A DNA stretch of 32,000 bases from Clostridia bacterium DTU025 (GTDB taxonomy: Bacteria > Bacillota > DTU025), in contig LFSP01000007.1 of the NCBI GenBank assembly GCA_001513145.1, positions 1 through 32,000 of the forward strand. Direction: 5' to 3'. This document shows positions 8,150 through 15,273 of the stretch, one piece after another. A program made the translations under genes and the position numbers. The notes under the pieces were generated by a model, which worked only from the letters and a program-made list of their open reading frames with translations, was not told the origin of the DNA and did no database searches. Position 1 is the first letter of the stretch. Each line of letters begins with the position of its first letter.

Positions 8150-8833
8150 CTAGTCTTCTATTTCGAAGGTGATCTCCATGGACTTGCCTTCGGCCTCGAC
8201 GCGCTCTCTGTCGGTGTACACCGTGGCCCTGTCGCACCTGATGCTCTCGTTGTCCTCTCCAGTGATGCTCACATCGCCCTCAAGCACGATGCGCCTCTCG
8301 GAGCTGGAGTACGAGGCTGTGCGGCAGCGAGCCACCTGTCCTCCCTTAGACACGGTGACGTCGCCGTCTGCGTCGAAATCCTGCGTGGCAGTGGAGATCT
8401 TCAGGGTGCTGCAGTCTAGCGTGATGGTGGTGGTCACCGGGTTGCCCTCTTCATCCATTTCGGCCTGCGGCTCGATCTTGGTGAGCCTGACCCCTCCTGA
8501 GAACTCGGCCCTGTCTTCCTTAAGGTAGATGTTCATTACCTCAGCCGTCACGGTGACTTCGCCCTGCACCAGCGTGACGCCGCCGGACAGGAGCGCCGTG
8601 CCGGCATCGATGTTCACGGTGGCCGATGACGACGTGATCACCACGTCGTCGTATTCAATGGTGACTCCGCCCTCAATGGTTGTATCACCTTTGGTGCCCT
8701 GGTAGGTCAGGCGGCTCTCTGGTCCGGTGGTCACCCTGACCGACTTGGCCGCCTCCGCGGACAGCGGCAAGACCACCATCGACGCCATGATCGCCAGGGC
8801 CAGCCCTCGCACAAGCGCACGCTTCACGTTCAT
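8150..8833 (-). CDS. lptA: LptA-like periplasmic LPS transport protein (OstA-like beta-jellyroll)
   Basis: 227 aa. Signal peptide MNVKRALVRGLALAIMASMVVLPLSAEA. It then shows repetitive OstA_N-type strands (IEGGVTIEYDDVVITSSSATVNIDAGTALLSGGVTLVQGEVTVTAE...), and it sits directly downstream of lptC. Confidence 0.7.
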   Translation of the reverse strand: MNVKRALVRGLALAIMASMVVLPLSAEAAKSVRVTTGPESRLTYQGTKGDTTIEGGVTIEYDDVVITSSSATVNIDAGTALLSGGVTLVQGEVTVTAEVMNIYLKEDRAEFSGGVRLTKIEPQAEMDEEGNPVTTTITLDCSTLKISTATQDFDADGDVTVSKGGQVARCRTASYSSSERRIVLEGDVSITGEDNESIRCDRATVYTDRERVEAEGKSMEITFEIED

Positions 8834-8849
8834 CCCTCCTATCTATCGC

Positions 8850-9518
8850 TCAGTCGCCGATCTCGAACTCGATGGTGGTGGGGCCAGTGGCCTCCAGTGC
8901 CTCGGCCTTCGGATCGAACACTATTCTGCCGCCCCTCACGGCTATGTCGCCGGAGGAGCTCGTGCCGGTGATGACCAGCTGGCCCTCGGAATAGAGCTTG
9001 TCAGCCGTCACGTCAAGCTGCAGCGAGTCCACCTTCACCTCGCCTGACGACGTGGTGATCACCGCGGGGCCAGGCACCACCGCCCTGGATTCGTCAGGTT
9101 TCCAGATCACCTGGTCGGAACGGAGCAGCTGCTCTCCGTCCTGATGGAACACCACCCCGCCGTCCAGCACCAACTCCGCGGTTCTCGCCGCGTACTGGCC
9201 GCTGCCGGCCGTGAAGGTCATGTAAGGCTCGCCATCACGCATTATCTCCCCGTGGATGATGCCACGGACGTGGGTGGAGCTGGACCGCTGGTCTCCGACG
9301 ACGCTCACCGACTCGGCCGCGATGCGCCAGGCTGTGACGCCCGCGTCCATGCCCTGTATCACAGCGCCGTCTATCACCAGCTGCTCTCTGGGGCCCGTCC
9401 GGGGCCGCGAGTCCTCAGCCTGCTCCTCCGGCCTGTTCAGGACGAACCCGTAGACGTACAGACACGCGACGATGAGAACCGCCGCCGCCACCACTGCCCT
9501 GTGTGCCCGTGGGCTCAT
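8850..9518 (-). CDS. lptC: LptC-like membrane-anchored LPS transport protein
   Basis: 222 aa. N-terminal TM anchor AVVAAAVLIVACLYVYGFVL followed by OstA/LptC-like beta-rich sequence. Strong RBS GGGAGGGA 5 nt before the ATG at 9518. It lies between the lptF/G-lptD ORF and lptA. Confidence 0.65.
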   Translation of the reverse strand: MSPRAHRAVVAAAVLIVACLYVYGFVLNRPEEQAEDSRPRTGPREQLVIDGAVIQGMDAGVTAWRIAAESVSVVGDQRSSSTHVRGIIHGEIMRDGEPYMTFTAGSGQYAARTAELVLDGGVVFHQDGEQLLRSDQVIWKPDESRAVVPGPAVITTSSGEVKVDSLQLDVTADKLYSEGQLVITGTSSSGDIAVRGGRIVFDPKAEALEATGPTTIEFEIGD

Positions 9519-9554
9519 CCCTATCCCTCCCGATTCCCCTGGCCGGGGTTGTCG

Positions 9555-12500
9555 CTACTTGAATATGATCCCTTCCTCCCCGAGACCGAAGCCAATCGGC
9601 ATGCCTGGCAGAGCCTTGAGCCTGAACTCCAACCACACCCTTCCGGTGGTGTGCTGGTACATGAGGGACACCTCGCGGCAGTGAAGGTCCTTCGTGATGC
9701 CTATGTCACCCCTGATGATGCCACCCTTCACTACGTCGTATATGCCCGCCCACTGCAGCCTCCAGTCAGACCCCAGCTTCAGGCTGGCCGAGCTCTCAAA
9801 CCTGGTCATCTTGGAATCCGTGAGGTCGTAATTGAACCCCGCCTTCAGCTCCAGGTCAGGCGCGGGCGACGCCGTCACCTTCAAGGTGGCGGTATTGTGG
9901 CTATTGAACGAAGGATAGAACCTGCCCGTTGCCTCCACGGTCACGCCCTTCCACACGGCGGCCGAGGCGCTGGCGGTCACAGCCCCAAAGGTGCCTGTAA
10001 GGAAGTCGTACGACGCGCCCGCAGTCAGCCGGAATCGGCCCACTGACGATGTCAGCGAGGCCGACACGGAACTGGACTCCGACATCTGGTCGAACCGGAA
10101 GGGCGAGTGGCCCTCCGTCACGGAACCGGAGTAGGTCAGCCTCAGTTGCGCCCAGTCCGCCGGGATCACGGTGGCGCTAGCGGTGAAGCTGGCGCCGGCG
10201 CGGGAGGCATCCTCGAACGAGTAGATGCTACCCCTGGCCGAAGCCGAGGCGTCAAGGCGCAGCCACGAGGCCGGCCTCAGGGTGTTCAGGCTCAACGACG
10301 CCTCCGCTTCGCCCTTGGACGACGCCACCTCCGTGAGCACGCCGTCGCGAATGGAGTCTTCCCTGTAAACGCCGAACAGGAGCTTCGCGCCTGCCGTCAC
10401 CGGGAGATTCCCGATCTTCAGCTGCGACACGCTGGCCGTGAGCTCCGGGGCCCTGCGCAGCTGGCGAAAGGGTGGAGGCGTGCTTCCCTCGCCCGATTCA
10501 TCGTCGCCCTCCTCATCTATGTGGATCTGCTCCTGAAAGAGGGCGGTGTAGGTTATTCCGCTGACCGAGGCGTTGGCCGCAGCTCTGATGTTCACCACGT
10601 TCTGCTTGACCTCATCCCCCACGCGGTTCAGCCTGTAGGAGCCGTCGGCCGTGAGCCTGATCACGTCGGCGACGGTGGAGGAATGCCTCAGGGTGGCGGT
10701 GGTAAGAACCGAGTCGGCGGCTGAATCGGTACGCCTGTGGGAGAAGGAGAAGTCCGACGTGCCCTTGGCCACGCGCCGCTGAAGCGAGAGGGAGTACGTG
10801 CGCTCCTCCGAGGGAGTGCCCAGCGATACGTAGTCCCGGTAGGTGTACCCGCCGCCCAGCGATAGCCCATCCTCGGGCTGAGCCTTCAGCCCCAGCTGGA
10901 GGGTGGTGTCCACTGAGGACGTGGATCTGTTGAAGAGCTCATACGCCGAGAGGTCGAGCTCGGCCCGGTCGAACCCTAGCCTGTGGGAGATGCCCATAGC
11001 GGGGCCAAGGAGCTGAAAGTAGTCCAAGAGGAGCTTGCCCCGGGAGTTCTCGTTCACGGAGTAGTTGGTGACGGTGCGTATGTACCAGCCCTCCCTCACG
11101 CCCCAGCCGATCTTGGGAAGTTCGAAGCCTTCGTCTTCCTTCAGCGGTATCGTGAGTTTGGGAAGCCTCGCCAGCCTGAGCTGGCCCTCGTAGTACAACA
11201 CCCCGTGCAGCACCACCCTGTCGTCCACGTAGAAGTCAAGGGCCTCCACTTCCAGCCTGTAATGGGGCTGCTCCAGCTCGCACGAGGTGATGCTGGCGTG
11301 CTCAAGGTGGAAATCCTCACCCTGGCGCGACAGCACGTCTCCAGATACGTAAAGGTAACCCTCCACCTGCTGCACCGAGAGCTTCGCGCGGGCCCCGTGC
11401 ACCTTCACGTCGCCTGTGGCCAGGTCCAAGGTGGCCGCATCGCCCCGAAGCTCCTCCGACCCCTCTATGATCACGACGTTCCCGGTGAACGTGGCGGTCT
11501 TCAGGTTGACATACATCTCTGCGCTGTCGGAGCGGATCACGGTGTCATCGAAGGACGTTTCCACTCCTCCCCAGGCTGTCCATAGCCCATCGCTGCCGTC
11601 GTAGACTATGTGCTCGGCGCGTATCCTCACCAGGGTGGTTCCTGAGCTAGCCGCCGCAGACGCCCCACTTGGAAGGGCCAGGCCCGCCGCGCACAGCAGG
11701 AGGGCAACCAGCGCAAGCGCCGCGACGCCCCGGCGCCTCGTCCTGCGCCGCCATTCGGCGCCTCGAAGGAGAGTCACCCCCAGCGCCAGGAAGGCCGAGT
11801 TGGGAAGCCACGCCGCCACAAGGGGCGGGATGGTACCCTTGATCCCCAGCGACCTGCAGACAGCCGAGAACACGTAGTACGCCAGCGCCAGCACGGATGC
11901 CGCCACAACACCGAAGTAGCCGCCTGCGTGGCGCGGCGACTTGGTGACCAGGGGCGCGCCCACCACCGCGAACACCAGCGCCGCGAAGGGCTGGGCCACC
12001 TTCAGGTGGTACTCCACCTCAAGGCCGCTCACCCGGACGCCGCTGCGCCGGAAGAGGTCGATGTGGCGCGCGAGCTCCTGCCGGGTCATCTCGGAGGGCT
12101 CCTTCTGGCTGGACGTGAATCCCTCCATGGTCTCGTCCATTGGCACGGTCAGGGTGTCGAAGGAAATGGCCATGGTCACCTGGCCCTCGCGGTCTAGCTC
12201 GTGGATATGTCCGTCTTCCAAGACCCAGCTGCCCTGCTGCACCCTGCCGCGGGCGGCGGTGAGCAGGCGCGGGAAGGTCGAGGATCCGGTCTCGTAGATC
12301 ATGACCCGGCTGATGGTGCCCGCGTCCCTGTTCACCTGGCCCACGTAGAAGTACCTGTCGCCAGGGGCCTTGAAGAACACGTCCTGTTCCACGGCGGGCA
12401 TCGCCTCACCGAACACGATCTCCCTGAATATCCTCTGGGACTCGTGGTTCGCCCTGGGGACGATCTCCTCGCCCAGGGTGAACAGGCCGCCGCTTATGGC

Positions 12501-12824
12501 CACGCCCAGCACCACCAGGGGAAGGGCGAGCCTGGCGAAGGACACGCCGGCGGCTCGGATGGTGTCGAGCTCGGAATCCTTGGCGAGGCGCCCGAGGCCC
12601 AGCATGGTGGCGAATAACACCGCGATGGGCCCCGCTTCAAGCACGATGCCCGGCAGGCTGTAGACGAGCATGCGCACCACAGCCAGCACGGGCACCTTTC
12701 TCTGCACTATGAAGTCGACCAACATGAACAGCTGGCCGCTGAGGATTATGATCACAAAGGCTGAAATGGACATCGCGAGGGGCCCAAGAAACTCGCGCAC
12801 AACGTATCTGTCGAGAATCCTCAT
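9555..12824 (-). CDS. Single ORF fusing an LptF/LptG-family permease (N-terminal ~360 aa) to an LptD/OstA-like protein (C-terminal ~700 aa)
   Basis: The frame is uninterrupted from the ATG at 12824 (MRILDRYVVREFLGP, a classic YjgP/YjgQ start; RBS GAGGGG 8 nt upstream) to the TAG at 9555. Residues ~400-520 look like OstA_N. ASITSCELEQPHYRLEVEALDFYVDDRVVLHGVLYYEGQLRLARLPKLTIPL followed by GWGVREGWYIRT matches the conserved LptD core pattern (TxC ... P.fy.P). The C-terminus is beta-strand-like and ends GIIFK. Confidence 0.75.
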   Translation of the reverse strand: MRILDRYVVREFLGPLAMSISAFVIIILSGQLFMLVDFIVQRKVPVLAVVRMLVYSLPGIVLEAGPIAVLFATMLGLGRLAKDSELDTIRAAGVSFARLALPLVVLGVAISGGLFTLGEEIVPRANHESQRIFREIVFGEAMPAVEQDVFFKAPGDRYFYVGQVNRDAGTISRVMIYETGSSTFPRLLTAARGRVQQGSWVLEDGHIHELDREGQVTMAISFDTLTVPMDETMEGFTSSQKEPSEMTRQELARHIDLFRRSGVRVSGLEVEYHLKVAQPFAALVFAVVGAPLVTKSPRHAGGYFGVVAASVLALAYYVFSAVCRSLGIKGTIPPLVAAWLPNSAFLALGVTLLRGAEWRRRTRRRGVAALALVALLLCAAGLALPSGASAAASSGTTLVRIRAEHIVYDGSDGLWTAWGGVETSFDDTVIRSDSAEMYVNLKTATFTGNVVIIEGSEELRGDAATLDLATGDVKVHGARAKLSVQQVEGYLYVSGDVLSRQGEDFHLEHASITSCELEQPHYRLEVEALDFYVDDRVVLHGVLYYEGQLRLARLPKLTIPLKEDEGFELPKIGWGVREGWYIRTVTNYSVNENSRGKLLLDYFQLLGPAMGISHRLGFDRAELDLSAYELFNRSTSSVDTTLQLGLKAQPEDGLSLGGGYTYRDYVSLGTPSEERTYSLSLQRRVAKGTSDFSFSHRRTDSAADSVLTTATLRHSSTVADVIRLTADGSYRLNRVGDEVKQNVVNIRAAANASVSGITYTALFQEQIHIDEEGDDESGEGSTPPPFRQLRRAPELTASVSQLKIGNLPVTAGAKLLFGVYREDSIRDGVLTEVASSKGEAEASLSLNTLRPASWLRLDASASARGSIYSFEDASRAGASFTASATVIPADWAQLRLTYSGSVTEGHSPFRFDQMSESSSVSASLTSSVGRFRLTAGASYDFLTGTFGAVTASASAAVWKGVTVEATGRFYPSFNSHNTATLKVTASPAPDLELKAGFNYDLTDSKMTRFESSASLKLGSDWRLQWAGIYDVVKGGIIRGDIGITKDLHCREVSLMYQHTTGRVWLEFRLKALPGMPIGFGLGEEGIIFK

Positions 12825-12862
12825 AGCGCAAACCCCTCGCAAGTGCCCGCGGGCCTACACTG

Positions 12863-13318
12863 CTACTTGGCCCCGCCCTTCTTCAGCACGTCCTCGGTGA
12901 TGTCGATTCCGCCGAGATGAACGACGCTGTCGTCAATGACCACAGTGACGCCCTTCTCCTTGGCCACGGCGGCGATGGCGTCTTCCAGGCTCTTCTGGGC
13001 AGGCTCCAGCACAGACCTGGCGTAGTCGTTGTACTGCTTGTTGTACTGCTCCAGCAGGCTGGTCCTTTCGGCCTCGTCCTTGCCGGCGGCCTTGGCGTTC
13101 AGCTCCTCCTCGAGCTCAGCCTTCTTCTTGGCTATGCTCTCCCATGCGGCCTTCATGGCGGGGAACTCCTGGCCCACCCTGGCGCCGTTAAGCCTTCCGA
13201 TCACCACGTTCTCGCCAGCTGCGCGAAGCACGGCCATGTTGGTGACCGCCAGGCCGATTCCGACCAGAAGAGAACATAGGAACAAGGTCAACAGCGCCTT
13301 AGGCAGATTCTTAAACAT
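12863..13318 (-). CDS. OmpH/Skp-family periplasmic chaperone
   Basis: About 150 aa. N-terminal hydrophobic signal, then a Lys/Glu/Ala coiled-coil arm (KKKAELEEELNAKAAGKDEAERTSLLEQYNKQYNDYARSVLEP), then KEKGVTVVIDDSVV, typical of the Skp C-terminus. It sits immediately downstream of bamA. The track start is 13327; the second ATG at 13318 has a better-spaced GAAAGGA RBS. Confidence 0.7.
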   Translation of the reverse strand: MFKNLPKALLTLFLCSLLVGIGLAVTNMAVLRAAGENVVIGRLNGARVGQEFPAMKAAWESIAKKKAELEEELNAKAAGKDEAERTSLLEQYNKQYNDYARSVLEPAQKSLEDAIAAVAKEKGVTVVIDDSVVHLGGIDITEDVLKKGGAK

Positions 13319-13370
13319 CCAAGTCATCCTTTCTTAAGTGCCTACTTAGCACTGAGTAGCGTACTGCTTG

Positions 13371-13376
13371 ATTATA
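13371..13376 (-). promoter_or_regulatory. Candidate -10 hexamer TATAAT (minus strand) in the bamA-ompH spacer
   Basis: The plus-strand attata is the reverse complement of TATAAT. It lies about 40-50 nt upstream of the ompH start. No convincing -35 element was seen. Confidence 0.25.
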
Positions 13377-13409
13377 CAACGCCGCAGGACGAGCCGCTAC
13401 ACGAAACGG

Positions 13410-15140
13410 CTAGAAGGTCTGGCCGAAACTGAAGTACAGCTGACCGCCCTGCTTGCTGATGCCGTAGTCGATCCTTATGGTACCGAGGAACGGAACGGTG
13501 AGGCGTGCGCCGATGCCGTAGCCCACCTTAGTGGCGGAGAAGTCCGGGCTATCTCCGATGTCCCAGGCCTGGCCCGCGTCGACGAACGCGACGCCCTGCA
13601 GGTTGTCGATGATCTTGAACCTGTACTCGGCGTTGGCGAAGATCATCCTGTCACCCTCGATGTCGCCGTACTTGTAGCCGCGCACGGTCTCGGCTCCGCC
13701 TAGCACGAACCTCTCCTGCTCAGGAAGGTCGGTCAGGCCCCAGCCGCCGCTGACCCTGGCAGCCAGCACGTGGCCCTCATGCACCTGCAGGTAGCCCGAG
13801 CCTTCGGCCTGCAGCTTGGTGAAGTGGTTGTCGCCGCCAAGGAGGCCGCCGGCGTACTCGATGGAGCCTGACAGGCGGTGGCCAGCCGACGGGTTCCACA
13901 GGTCGTTCCTCTCATCGTTGACTGCAGACAAGGTTATCGAGCGGGTGACGCCGCCCGGTGGTATCTCGTGGGCCATGCCAAGGTCGGCCGGGGTGTTCAC
14001 GGCGTTGTCCCACTTGAACTTCACGTACGCCCTGGTGTTCAGGGACAGCTTGGTTCCGAGGCTCACATCGGCGCCGGTGCGCCTCTGGGAGTACGGGATA
14101 GGCTCGATAGGCTCGGGGTCTTCCTCACCCTCTGCAGGTTCCGGCGTGAACTTCTTGTCCGCTGTCCTGTTGTACAGGTTCAGGCCCAGCGACATCTTGC
14201 CCGTCTTGCCCAGCCACGGCTCGTAGAAGCCCAGCTCGTAGTTGGCCCTGCCCATGCCGAACTCGGCCTTGACGTTGATGGTCTGGGCGTTGCCGAGGAA
14301 GTTCTCATCTCCAAGCTGCAGGTAGCCCATGATCCCCGTGGCCGAGCTGTAGCTGAGGTTCATGTTGGCCACGCCGGTCTTCCTTTCAGTGAAAACGTAC
14401 GTCACCGCGAACTCGGGCCTTCCCTGGATAGGCTCCACCCTGGCCTGAACGTCCTCGAACGCCCCCAGCATGTAGAGGGCCCTACGGTCGTTGTTGATCG
14501 TGGTGACGTTTATGACCTCGCCCTCTTTGAGGGTGATGGTGCGCCTGGCCACCGCGGGCTTGGTCTTCTCCAGGCCCTCAAGGCGTATCTCGGCCACCGT
14601 CCATTCCACGAAGTTCACCTGAAGCTCGGCATCGTCGCCGAGCACCGGCTCAATGCTGACCCAGTAGCCCTTGTCGCTGTACAGCTTCGACAGCTTCTCC
14701 AGGTCTGATCTGAGTGTTGCCGCGTTCAGCTGCTCCCCAGCCTTGGTCTCCATCACGGCGAGGAGCTCCCCCGTGGGCACCTGTTGGTTGCCGGCCAGCC
14801 TCACGTCCTTCAGCACCGGGAACTCCCTGACGAAGAAGATGAGCTTGTAGCCGTCGAGGTGCGGGACGGTATTGGCGCTGAGCTCCATGAACCAGCCCAT
14901 CCTGTCGAGCCTGGCGAAGGTCTCGTTCACCGCCTGCTCGGTGATGTCGTCACCGATCTTCAAAGTAATCTGTTCCAGAATGAGGTCGGTATCTACTTGG
15001 CTGTTCCCCTGCACTTCAACGGCGGTGAGCTTGCCCAGCGGCTTGGTCTGGGCAAGAGCGCCAGGAGCAGCAACCAATACCATCGCGATCAGGATCGCCA
15101 CCGCGATGCTGCAAGACTTTCCGGCACGGAATGAGTTCAT
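13410..15140 (-). CDS. bamA: BamA/Omp85-family outer membrane protein assembly factor
   Basis: Signal peptide MNSFRAGKSCSIAVAILIAMVLVAAPGALAQ from the ATG at 15140 (RBS GGGAGGGAG). POTRA-like repeats (VEVQGNSQV..., DVRLAGNQQV..., EIRLEGLEKT...). Gly/Tyr-rich beta-barrel ending GGQLYFSFGQTF with a C-terminal Phe beta-signal. The track start at 15227 adds 29 unlikely residues. Confidence 0.85.
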   Translation of the reverse strand: MNSFRAGKSCSIAVAILIAMVLVAAPGALAQTKPLGKLTAVEVQGNSQVDTDLILEQITLKIGDDITEQAVNETFARLDRMGWFMELSANTVPHLDGYKLIFFVREFPVLKDVRLAGNQQVPTGELLAVMETKAGEQLNAATLRSDLEKLSKLYSDKGYWVSIEPVLGDDAELQVNFVEWTVAEIRLEGLEKTKPAVARRTITLKEGEVINVTTINNDRRALYMLGAFEDVQARVEPIQGRPEFAVTYVFTERKTGVANMNLSYSSATGIMGYLQLGDENFLGNAQTINVKAEFGMGRANYELGFYEPWLGKTGKMSLGLNLYNRTADKKFTPEPAEGEEDPEPIEPIPYSQRRTGADVSLGTKLSLNTRAYVKFKWDNAVNTPADLGMAHEIPPGGVTRSITLSAVNDERNDLWNPSAGHRLSGSIEYAGGLLGGDNHFTKLQAEGSGYLQVHEGHVLAARVSGGWGLTDLPEQERFVLGGAETVRGYKYGDIEGDRMIFANAEYRFKIIDNLQGVAFVDAGQAWDIGDSPDFSATKVGYGIGARLTVPFLGTIRIDYGISKQGGQLYFSFGQTF

Positions 15141-15273
15141 CGATCTCCCTCCCACGTGTGGCCCCAAGACGCCGCATTCGAAAATGACGAACAACGAACG
15201 ACGGCGCACGGAGGCGCTGAACGTCATAGCAATGATCCCTCAGTAATTCCTTATCTTGTTCGCCTTACACTGG

